A stretch of 64,000 bases of DNA, taken from contig JAXIPC010000009.1 of assembly GCA_045403135.1 (NCBI GenBank), positions 6,014 through 70,013 of the forward strand. Direction: 5' to 3'. The translations under genes and the position numbers were made by a program. This DNA is from Gemmatimonadales bacterium (GTDB lineage Bacteria; Gemmatimonadota; Gemmatimonadetes; Gemmatimonadales; GWC2-71-9). Under the pieces are notes generated by a model, which made no database searches, was not told the DNA's origin, and saw nothing but the letters and a program-made list of their open reading frames with translations. Below are positions 1 to 7,908 of this stretch, one piece after another; positions within the stretch are counted from its first letter, which is position 1, and every line of letters starts with the position of its first letter.

Positions 1-274
1 GGTTTCTCCGGGCCGACCTGCTAGCCAGGGCCGGCCGAGTTCCCGAGGCGATACGGTGGTGGGAATCGATTGCGGAGCGGACGCCTTTCGAGCTGCCGTT
101 CCAGGCGCCCGCACTGCTGCGCATCGGGGCGGCATGGCGCTCGCTGGGGGATGCAGACCGCGGAGCGGCGGCCGAACAGCGAGCGGCGGTGTTGTGGGGC
201 AGCGGTCCCAAGTAGTAGCCTTACGGGCCGGGGTCGCGGATGCGCCGCGCGCCGTGCCGATCTCTCACTGGAGG

Positions 275-652
275 ATGGCGATGCGGGTGGTGCAAGCGAG
301 GCGGGTGGCCCTGGCGGGCCTGGTGGCGTTTTCGGCTACGGGCTGCATGGGGTGGCGGGTGCAGCAGGTCTCGCCCCGGGAGCTCCTCAGGGACAAATCG
401 ATCGAAGCCGTTCGGGTTAGTCGGGCGGACAAGTCCAGGGTCGAAATCTGGAGCCCAAGACTCGAAGGCGACAGCATCGTCGGCCACCCCACCGAACGGG
501 CCATCGCCCGCCTGGTGATGCCGCTCTCCCAGGTAGAGACGATCTCCACCCGCTACAAGAGCGTCGGCAAGACGCTTGTAATCGGCCTGGCGGTCATCGG
601 TGCGGTCGGCGTCTATGCCCTGCTGCAGAGTCTGAACCAGGGGGGGTTCTGA
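275..652 (+). CDS. hypothetical lipoprotein
   Basis: Inner part of ORF 56..652. ATG at 275 (second ATG at 281) follows GGAGG. N-terminus MAMRVVQARRVALAGLVAFSATGC has a signal peptide plus lipobox. Hydrophobic C-terminal helix. Confidence 0.5.
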   Translation: MAMRVVQARRVALAGLVAFSATGCMGWRVQQVSPRELLRDKSIEAVRVSRADKSRVEIWSPRLEGDSIVGHPTERAIARLVMPLSQVETISTRYKSVGKTLVIGLAVIGAVGVYALLQSLNQGGF

Positions 653-656
653 GCCC

Positions 657-1943
657 TCAGAGCCGCGTCTTGTGGGTTTCCGGCGCGAGGAGTGTCGCGA
701 TCACGGTGAGCACGCAGCTCGCGGCGATATAGGTCGCCACCGACCAGGACCCGAGCCGGGCCAGGAGCAAGGTGGCAATGAACGGCGCCAGTCCACCGGA
801 GAACACCGAGGTGAGCTGGTAGACCAGCGACGCTCCGCTGTACCGCACTCTCGTTGAAAAGAGCTCCGCGAAGTAGGCTGCCTGCGGGCCGTACATCGTG
901 TCGTGCCCCAGGTTCACCCCCAGCACGATCGCCAGCGCCACGAAGCCCGGTCCCTGCCCGACCAGCCAGAAGAACGGGAACGCGTACAGCAGGGAGAACA
1001 CAGCGCCCGCCAGGTAGATCGGTTTGCGGCCGAACCGGTCGGAGAGCGCTCCGAATATTGGAATGGTGAAGAGCCCCACCGTTGCACCGACCGCCACCCC
1101 ACTCAGCATGGTGCTCTTGGTGTAACCCAGCGCCTTCTCGCCGTAGCTCAGCACGAACACGGTATAGATGTAGAAGACCACGTTTTGCGCGAAGCGCATC
1201 CCCATCCCGATCAGGACCTCGCGAGGGTGATCCTTGAGCACCTGGATCAGCGGCGCCGCCGTAATGCCCTCCTGCTGCTTGAGCTCGGTGAACGCGGGCG
1301 TCTCGAGCAGCCGAAGTCGAACGAACAGCCCCACGGCAACCAGCACGGCGCTGGTCAGAAAGGGCACCCGCCAGCCCCACGCCAGGAACTCGGCCTCGGA
1401 GAGCCGGCTGGACAACAGGGCAAAGACCCCGGTCGCGAGCAAGAGACCCGCGGGTACCCCCATTTGCGGCCAGCTGCCATGAAAGCCGCGCCTGACCCCG
1501 CCGGAATGCTCGACCGCCATCAGCACCGCGCCGCCCCACTCGCCACCCACGCCGATGCCCTGGACGAATCGGAGCGCCACGAGAAGGACGGGCGCCCAGA
1601 CGCCGATCGACGAATAGGTCGGCAGTATCCCGATCAGCGCCGTCGCGGCGCCCATGAGTATGAGCGACCAGACTAGCATCGCCTTGCGGCCCACTTTGTC
1701 TCCATAGTGGCCGAAGACGGCGCCGCCCAGGGGCCGGGCCAGAAAGCCTACCGCGAACGTGCCGTACGCCGAGAGCGTGCCGGCCAGGCTGTCCAAATTG
1801 GGAAAGAAGAGCTTATTGAAGACCAGCGCGGCGGCCGTTCCGTAGAGGAAAAAGTCGTACCACTCGATCGCGGTGCCGATGAAGCTGGCGACGATGACCG
1901 TCGCGATGGAGCTGGTGGCCGCCGGACGGGAAGTCGGCGTCAC
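657..1943 (-). CDS. MFS transporter, metabolite:H+ symporter (MHS) type (KgtP/ProP/ShiA-like)
   Basis: 428 aa. N-terminal IEWYDFFLYG and GHYGDKVGRK motifs and about 12 hydrophobic segments are typical of the MHS family. GTG start at 1943 overlaps the stop of the upstream gene (GTGA). Confidence 0.85.
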   Translation of the reverse strand: MTPTSRPAATSSIATVIVASFIGTAIEWYDFFLYGTAAALVFNKLFFPNLDSLAGTLSAYGTFAVGFLARPLGGAVFGHYGDKVGRKAMLVWSLILMGAATALIGILPTYSSIGVWAPVLLVALRFVQGIGVGGEWGGAVLMAVEHSGGVRRGFHGSWPQMGVPAGLLLATGVFALLSSRLSEAEFLAWGWRVPFLTSAVLVAVGLFVRLRLLETPAFTELKQQEGITAAPLIQVLKDHPREVLIGMGMRFAQNVVFYIYTVFVLSYGEKALGYTKSTMLSGVAVGATVGLFTIPIFGALSDRFGRKPIYLAGAVFSLLYAFPFFWLVGQGPGFVALAIVLGVNLGHDTMYGPQAAYFAELFSTRVRYSGASLVYQLTSVFSGGLAPFIATLLLARLGSWSVATYIAASCVLTVIATLLAPETHKTRL

Positions 1944-3055
1944 CGATTTCGTGGCTCGTGTTTACGCTGCGCGACCTTGCTCAGGAGCGGGTACATCACG
2001 CGGAGGATGGGATCGAGAATGGGCCGGAGCGGTCGGAGTAGCGCTTTGACCCTTTCGAACCGGGGTGCAGGGTGGCGTTCCCGCGCCATGCGCCCGAGCG
2101 CCTGGAGGGTTTCGGGACGGTATCGGATCGGGATCGGCGCCAGCGACCCACCCGGCGGGTCGAGTGCCTCCAGCGCAGCCTGGAACCGGCTCTTGAAGCG
2201 ATTTCTGGCTTCCTCGCGGAAAGGTTGCATCGCTTCCGGAATCTTGCCGGTCGAATGGCGCCCCCGGCCAATCGTCGGATTGAGGTTGATTTCCCAGGTT
2301 TCGACCACACCGCCCCGCACCGAATAGTCGATCCGCCCGTACTCCACTTGGCCGGCGGCGAAAATGCGCCGGAGCTGGTCCTCATGGGGGTTCCCGAGGA
2401 CGTAAATGCGCTCCTCGTCGAGCATTTCCCGGGTGAAATCGGTGCCGGAGTGCTTGAGGGCCCAGGACCGGCCGTGGTTGAGCGACCGGGGAATGATCTC
2501 CGCCCCCACGATGAACGCCGCGTACTTGCGATAGTAACCCTCCGAATCCACGGTCTCGTAGAACTCCACCACGAGCAGGTTCTCCAGCCGGAGCCCCCGC
2601 ACCAGCGCCCGCCCCAGCTCGGCCTCGAGCTCGGGCGGACTGTTGAGGAGTCCGGTGGCCGCGCTGGTATGGCGGTGTTCTTCCCGGAGAAACACCGGAT
2701 AGCGGAGTCCAGAGAATTCGCCCACGGCACGCGCGGCGCGGTGCCGGTTGAGCCCGACGCGGTAAAGCTCTTCGAGCAGGTCGTAGCGGCGCAGAGTCTT
2801 CTCGGGATGATTGAGCACCCGCACGCCCTGCCCCGCCCCGGTCAGCTGCTCGTATACCTCACCCAGCAGCCGCCGCCCCTCCGGCTCGAGCTGGTCGAGC
2901 GCGGAGAGGATATAGGCGCCCGCGGGCAGGCTGGTCCGGTTCGGCAAGTCCTCGTAGGGCAGCACCTCCATTCGCCCGGCCAGGCCAGCGCCCCAGAGGG
3001 CGAGGTAGTCTTCGATCCCGAATGCTGTATCGCGCGGCACCACGAAGTGGATCAC
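1940..3055 (-). CDS. ATP-grasp-like putative ligase, paralog A (uncharacterised family)
   Basis: 371 aa. Starts GTG-ATC-CAC-TTC (VIHF) in a GTGA overlap with the symporter stop. Carries PVFLREE, LLVVEFYET and YGRIDY..VETWEINLNPT, the last resembling the R-x-D ... E-[IV]-N-x-x-P Mg/ATP motif of ATP-grasp enzymes. About half its residues are shared with paralogs B and C, by eye. Confidence 0.7.
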   Translation of the reverse strand: MIHFVVPRDTAFGIEDYLALWGAGLAGRMEVLPYEDLPNRTSLPAGAYILSALDQLEPEGRRLLGEVYEQLTGAGQGVRVLNHPEKTLRRYDLLEELYRVGLNRHRAARAVGEFSGLRYPVFLREEHRHTSAATGLLNSPPELEAELGRALVRGLRLENLLVVEFYETVDSEGYYRKYAAFIVGAEIIPRSLNHGRSWALKHSGTDFTREMLDEERIYVLGNPHEDQLRRIFAAGQVEYGRIDYSVRGGVVETWEINLNPTIGRGRHSTGKIPEAMQPFREEARNRFKSRFQAALEALDPPGGSLAPIPIRYRPETLQALGRMARERHPAPRFERVKALLRPLRPILDPILRVMYPLLSKVAQRKHEPRNR

Positions 3056-4443
3056 GCGGTGGCCACCGCTCGCTCGCCCCGGGAGAGGATCGCCGCCGCG
3101 CTCATGTCCCCGGTCACGTTGATGATGGTCTTGAAGATGTCGGGAATCGCGTCGACCGCCTCGAGAATCACGATCCCTTCGATGGGAAGTCCCAGCGCCA
3201 GGTAGGCCGGCAGACTCCGGAAGGCGGAGCCTCCTCCCGGGACGCCCACCCGGCTGAAGGTCATGATCACGATCGTGACCAGAAACGTGGCGACCCCCGT
3301 GGCCGACAGAGGCACGCCGAACACATGTGCCACGAAGAGCAGCCGCACCGGGCCGGTGATGGTCCCGTTCAACTTGAAGGTCGACACGGCGAACGGGAGG
3401 ATGAACCCGGTGGCGGCGGGAGGCAGCTTGAGCTCGTCCCTGGCCCCTTCCACCATGGCCGGGAGCGCGGCAATCGACGACCGGCTGCCGGCCGCCACCA
3501 CCTGGGCCGGCGCCACGGCGCGGGCGAAACGGCGAACCGAGACGCGGCCCACGACTGCCGTGAGGGGATAGAGGATGATGGTGAACGCAATCATCAGAAT
3601 GCAGGAGATCACCACGAACGCCCCCATGTAGCCCGCCGCGGTGATGCCGGCCCCGGCCGCCATCACGAAGGCGAGCGCGAATACGCCGAGGGGCGTGATC
3701 ACCATGATCCAGCGGACCAGCACCATCGTCGCCTCGCCCATCGCCTGACCAATCCGGTACAGCAGGTCACGGTGCTCCGCAGGCACCCGGGTCGCGGCCA
3801 ATGCGAAGAGCACGGTAAAGACCAGCAGTGGGAGGATCTGGTCGCTCGCGGCCGAGGCAAAGACGTTGGTGGGAATGAGGTCGATCAGCCACCCGCTGAT
3901 CGAGGAATGTCCTCCCTGACTGGCGGCGCGGGCCGCTTCCGGAACGACCGTCCCCGCCAGTAGCGAAGAGGCCATTTCCGGAGTGGTTGGAAACAGGGCG
4001 ATCAGCGGAGGCGCGGTGACGATGCTGAAGAGGCCGGCAAGGAGGAGCAGGGCGACGAAGACCAGGATCGTCTTCCCACCCAGAGCCGCAATCGAGCCGT
4101 GGCCTTGCGATTTCATCACCGCCACGAACATCTGGGTGATCACCAGCGGAAACACGGTCATGCGGAGCAGAGTCACCCACATCTGCCCGATTGGTGAGAC
4201 CCAGTCCACCAGCAGATTGGCGCGGGAATCGGGGAAGCCGTGCAACACGGCTCCGGCCGCGAGCCCGACCGCCAATGCCAACAGCGACCAGGCGGTCAGT
4301 CGCTGGGCGCGCGAGCGGGATCCGTCTGGTGGCGGGCCTACCGTATTCGGTTCGATCGGGCCGCCTGGGCGGGCGTGAGGGTGCCGTAAAAGCCGGTGCC
4401 TGAAGAATATGGCCCATGGAAGAATGGTGCCAACTCGGACCAT
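3052..4443 (-). CDS. dicarboxylate/amino acid:cation symporter (DAACS, GltP-like), copy 1
   Basis: Multi-TM protein with SRSSIAALPAMVEG and IINVTGDMSAA motifs; paralog of 7905..9140. Start is uncertain. The first in-frame ATG is 4443, but alignment to copy 2 begins at CTG 4299 (LTAWSL versus MTAWSL). The ORF-track start at 4647 is unlikely. Confidence 0.8.
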   Translation of the reverse strand: MVRVGTILPWAIFFRHRLLRHPHARPGGPIEPNTVGPPPDGSRSRAQRLTAWSLLALAVGLAAGAVLHGFPDSRANLLVDWVSPIGQMWVTLLRMTVFPLVITQMFVAVMKSQGHGSIAALGGKTILVFVALLLLAGLFSIVTAPPLIALFPTTPEMASSLLAGTVVPEAARAASQGGHSSISGWLIDLIPTNVFASAASDQILPLLVFTVLFALAATRVPAEHRDLLYRIGQAMGEATMVLVRWIMVITPLGVFALAFVMAAGAGITAAGYMGAFVVISCILMIAFTIILYPLTAVVGRVSVRRFARAVAPAQVVAAGSRSSIAALPAMVEGARDELKLPPAATGFILPFAVSTFKLNGTITGPVRLLFVAHVFGVPLSATGVATFLVTIVIMTFSRVGVPGGGSAFRSLPAYLALGLPIEGIVILEAVDAIPDIFKTIINVTGDMSAAAILSRGERAVATA

Positions 4444-4506
4444 GCGGGATGAGAAAGGTGCCGCCCGCGCGCTCGAAGGTCGATCGTGCGGGCGGTGGCG
4501 TTGTGA

Positions 4507-4512
4507 TAGATT
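4507..4512 (+). promoter_or_regulatory. -10-like hexamer TAGATT, 6 nt before ATG 4519 (possible leaderless transcript)
   Basis: AT-rich hexamer in GC-rich context, placed directly upstream of the start codon with no SD sequence. Confidence 0.2.
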
Positions 4513-4518
4513 GGGGCC

Positions 4519-5016
4519 ATGGCACAGCCAGCTGCGCCCGGCGAGCCGCCGCGTCGTCCGACCGTGACGGTTCTCCGCCGTGTGCTGCTCATGATCCTCC
4601 TGGTTGGCCTGAGCGGCACCGAAGCGGAATTGCTGCTCCTGGGGCATACCGAGGGTGCCTGGCAGGTGTCGCCGATCGTACTCATCGCGGTTTCCCTCGT
4701 GGTGCTGGCCTGGTACGGCGCCGCCGGCAGACCCGCGAGCCTCCGCGCGCTACGCGGGGTCATGGCCCTGTTGCTGGTGTCGGGCATCGTGGGCCTGTGG
4801 CTGCATTTCGCTGCCAATGTCGAGTGGGAGCGGGAGTCGAATCCCTCGCTCGGCGGCATTGCGCTCTATCGCGCGGCGCTGTCCGGCGCCATGCCCGTGC
4901 TGGCGCCGGGAACCATGATTCAACTGGCCCTGCTGGGCCTCGCCTTCACCTACCGTCACCCGGCGCTTACCGGGCCATCGCATGAACCATCGACCTCCTC
5001 CGCCGAGATCACCTGA
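4519..5016 (+). CDS. hypothetical integral membrane protein (about 4 TM)
   Basis: 165 aa with four clear hydrophobic helices (LLMILLVGL, IVLIAVSLVVLAW, MALLLVSGIVGLWL, IQLALLGLAF). Divergent from the symporter operon. Confidence 0.5.
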   Translation: MAQPAAPGEPPRRPTVTVLRRVLLMILLVGLSGTEAELLLLGHTEGAWQVSPIVLIAVSLVVLAWYGAAGRPASLRALRGVMALLLVSGIVGLWLHFAANVEWERESNPSLGGIALYRAALSGAMPVLAPGTMIQLALLGLAFTYRHPALTGPSHEPSTSSAEIT

Positions 5017-5017
5017 G

Positions 5018-5677
5018 ATGACACCCTTCGCCCTGTCCGTCGTCGCTTGCACCGCGCTGCTCTCCGGCATCACCGAACCCGCCGTGGCCCAGTTGGGCCG
5101 CCAACGGACGCTGCTCGAGCCGAACGTCACCCACGACAGCCTGATGCTTCGGCTGCCGCACCTGACGCCAGTCCTGGTCACCACCCTCCATGAGGCCAGG
5201 CCAATCCTGGGTCCGCTCCCCCTGGACAGCATTCTGGCCGCCGGCTCGCTCACGCCGAAGCAGCGCGAAGACCTTTATCGACTGATGTTCGTTCATGTCG
5301 ATGTCAACCGGGGGAGCGATGCGGAGCTGATGCTCATTCCCGGGATGACCACCGCGAGAGTCGGCACCATCAAGACTGGGAGACCCTGGAAGTCTTTCGA
5401 GGCGTTCCGCGCCGAGCTGGCCAAATCCGGCGGAGCCGAGGAAGCGGCGCGAATCGAGCAGTACCTGTTCATTCCCGTCGAGCTTAACAGTTTCACCGAT
5501 GACATCATGGACACGTTTGCCGGCATCGGCGTGGGCACCCGGCGGTGGAAGCGCGAGTTTGCCGAGTATCGACCGTGGAAGTCGCTGGAGCAGTTCGATC
5601 GGGAAATCGGCAAATACGTGCGGGGCAATCCCAAGGAGGTGCAACGGCTCAAGCGGTATGTGAATATCGCGCCGTGA
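5018..5677 (+). CDS. secreted protein with three ComEA-like helix-hairpin-helix repeats
   Basis: ATG 5018 gives the signal peptide MTPFALSVVACTALLSGITEPAVAQ. Three repeats follow the pattern (V/L)x(V/L)N..(D/E)..L...PG/GIG....I...RPW.S...F, for example VDVNRGSDAELMLIPGMTTARVGTIKTGRPWKSFEAF. Confidence 0.5.
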   Translation: MTPFALSVVACTALLSGITEPAVAQLGRQRTLLEPNVTHDSLMLRLPHLTPVLVTTLHEARPILGPLPLDSILAAGSLTPKQREDLYRLMFVHVDVNRGSDAELMLIPGMTTARVGTIKTGRPWKSFEAFRAELAKSGGAEEAARIEQYLFIPVELNSFTDDIMDTFAGIGVGTRRWKREFAEYRPWKSLEQFDREIGKYVRGNPKEVQRLKRYVNIAP

Positions 5678-6790
5678 TCACCCCGTGATACGCCGTACCG
5701 CTCGCCTCACTCTGAGCAGCAACGGTCCCGAGGCGCGAACGATCCGGTCCAAGAGCGGTTTGACCGGGCGGAGCAACGTCGCCAGGCCCGTGGGGAGCCA
5801 GGGGAGAGTCTTGGGGCGCACCATGCCCTCCAGCCCCCGGAGGGCTTCGGCGCTGTAGCTGATCGCGATCGGCTCCTCCGGGCCCCCGGTGTCCAGGGCT
5901 TCCAGCGCGGAGTGCAACCGCGAATAGAAGTGATCCATCGCCACGCGGCGCAACGGCGCCAGGGCCTCCGGCAAGTTGGAGACCCGCTCACCAGGAGCAG
6001 GACCAATCGTGGGATTCAGGTTGATTTCCCAGATTTCCACCGCGCCATTCAACAGCGCATAGTCGATTCGGCCGTACTCGATTCCCGCCAGCTCGACGAT
6101 GCTGCGCAGCTCCTGCTCGTGGGGATTGTTCAGGACGTAGGCACGTTCCTCGAGAATCGATGCTTCGGTAAACTCAGATCGGTCGAGCTTCACCATCCAT
6201 TGGTGAGAGCGGTTCAGGCCTCGGGGGATGATCTCCGATCCCACGACGAATGCTGGGTACCGTCGATAGAACCCGTCCGGGTCCATCGTGTCAGCGTACT
6301 CGATGACCAGGAGATCCACCGGATCGAAGCCGCGCACGATCGCGCGGCCCAGCTCCCCAGTGAGCTCTCCGGGAGAATGAATCAGCGGCGAGATCGGGCC
6401 GGTATGATGATGCTGCTCCCGGAGAAAGACCGGAAAACGCACGCCCGACAAGTCGCCCAGGGCACGGGCGACCCCGTGCCGGTTGAGGCCGGTTTGATGG
6501 AGCGTTTCGAGGAGCGGGAAGCGAAGCAGGGTCTTCGAGGGTGAGTTGATGATCCGAACCCGTGAAGTGGAGCGGCGGAGCTGGTCCTCCAGCTCAAGCA
6601 CCAGCCGCATCCCGCTGGCACTCAGCTGGTCGAGCGCGGAGAAGATGTAGGTCCCCTCCGGCAGACTCCGTCGGCTTGCCAGATCCTCGTAGTGCCACAG
6701 GGACATTCGGCCCGACAGGCCCAGGCCGTCGAGCGCCAGATAGTCCCGCACGCCGAATTCCTGGTGCCGGGGCACAAGGAAGTGGATCAC
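5678..6790 (-). CDS. ATP-grasp-like putative ligase, paralog B
   Basis: Trimmed from ORF 5678..7318. GTG 6790 (VIHFLVPR) forms a GTGA overlap with the stop of paralog C. Carries FPVFLREQ, LLVIEYADT and YGRIDYALLNGAVEIWEINLNPT. Confidence 0.7.
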   Translation of the reverse strand: MIHFLVPRHQEFGVRDYLALDGLGLSGRMSLWHYEDLASRRSLPEGTYIFSALDQLSASGMRLVLELEDQLRRSTSRVRIINSPSKTLLRFPLLETLHQTGLNRHGVARALGDLSGVRFPVFLREQHHHTGPISPLIHSPGELTGELGRAIVRGFDPVDLLVIEYADTMDPDGFYRRYPAFVVGSEIIPRGLNRSHQWMVKLDRSEFTEASILEERAYVLNNPHEQELRSIVELAGIEYGRIDYALLNGAVEIWEINLNPTIGPAPGERVSNLPEALAPLRRVAMDHFYSRLHSALEALDTGGPEEPIAISYSAEALRGLEGMVRPKTLPWLPTGLATLLRPVKPLLDRIVRASGPLLLRVRRAVRRITG

Positions 6791-7908
6791 GGGGTGGACC
6801 GAACGGCTCGGGACAGCCGCCGAGCCGCGCGCGCCACCAGCGGTGAGAACACCCTGGCCATCCGATCCAACAACGGCACAATCGGACGGAGGACCCTGGC
6901 CACCGGCACCAGCCACCCGCTCGGACCGCCGGTCCGAACCATCGGCGCCGCGGCCGCCAGGCATCCTGCGCTGTAGGCGAGAGGCAGCCTGACCGGCGGC
7001 CCTCCGGCATCCAGGCCACGAATGGCCGTCTCGAACCGGCCGAGGAAGTGCTGTCTTGCCACGTCCTTGATCCGGTCCAACGCCTCGGGAATGCGCTTGA
7101 AGTCGGGGCGCCGTCCTCGCCGGATAGTGGGGTTCAGATTGATCTCCCAGGTTTCCACCCTGCCTTCCCTCATGGCGTAGTCGATCCGGCCATACTCGAC
7201 CCCGGCGAGGTCGAAGATGGGACGAAGCTCCCGGGCGTGGGGATTTTCCAGGACGTACCTTCGTTCCTCCAGGAGCATCGCCTCGCTGAGCTCGTTCCGC
7301 TCGGCCTTGAGCATCCACTCAGGCCCGCGAACCAGGCCGTCGGCGATGATCTCCGAACCGAGCACGAATGCCGCGTACTTGCAGTAACGCCCGTCGGCAT
7401 TGCCGGTCTCGCAGAACTCGACCACCAGGAGTTCCCTGAGCCGAAAGCCCCGCAGCACCGAACGGCCCAGCTCCCGGTCCAACTCGGCTCGGGTACCGAC
7501 AAGCGGAGATAGCGCGCCGGTATGCTGGAATTCCTCGCGCAGGAAGACCGGGAACCGCAGGTCGGTGAGATCGTCCGTGGCGCGGACGGCGCGGTGCCGA
7601 TTGAGTCCCCCGCGATGGAGCGCGTCGAGCAGCTCCAGGCGAAGCAACGTCCGGGCCGGATGGTTGATCACCCGGCTGCCGGCGCCGGGCTGCTCGAGCT
7701 GATTCGCAAATTCCCCCGTCAGGCGCCTCCCCCCGGCGCTCAACTGGTCCAAGGCGGAAAAAATGTAGGTACCCGAGGTCGCGCTGGTGCGCCGAGGCAA
7801 ATCCTCGTAGCACAGCACCTCGAGCCGTGCTGCCAGAGCCGGAGCGTACAGCGTGAGGTAGTCCTGTATCCCGAAGTCCTGGGAGCGCGGCACGAGGAAG
7901 TAGATCAC
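6787..7908 (-). CDS. ATP-grasp-like putative ligase, paralog C
   Basis: Trimmed from ORF 6787..8745. GTG 7908 (VIYFLVPR) forms a GTGA overlap with the symporter stop. Carries FPVFLREE, LLVVEFCET and YGRIDYAMREGRVETWEINLNPT. Confidence 0.7.
   Translation of the reverse strand: MIYFLVPRSQDFGIQDYLTLYAPALAARLEVLCYEDLPRRTSATSGTYIFSALDQLSAGGRRLTGEFANQLEQPGAGSRVINHPARTLLRLELLDALHRGGLNRHRAVRATDDLTDLRFPVFLREEFQHTGALSPLVGTRAELDRELGRSVLRGFRLRELLVVEFCETGNADGRYCKYAAFVLGSEIIADGLVRGPEWMLKAERNELSEAMLLEERRYVLENPHARELRPIFDLAGVEYGRIDYAMREGRVETWEINLNPTIRRGRRPDFKRIPEALDRIKDVARQHFLGRFETAIRGLDAGGPPVRLPLAYSAGCLAAAAPMVRTGGPSGWLVPVARVLRPIVPLLDRMARVFSPLVARAARRLSRAVRSTP

Noticed and set aside
1-274. Possible partial gene at the left edge, and mobile elements anywhere in the window
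   Set aside because: No ORF with protein-like translation reaches the left edge. No transposase, integrase, recombinase, inverted terminal repeats or duplicated tRNA 3' ends were seen in any frame.
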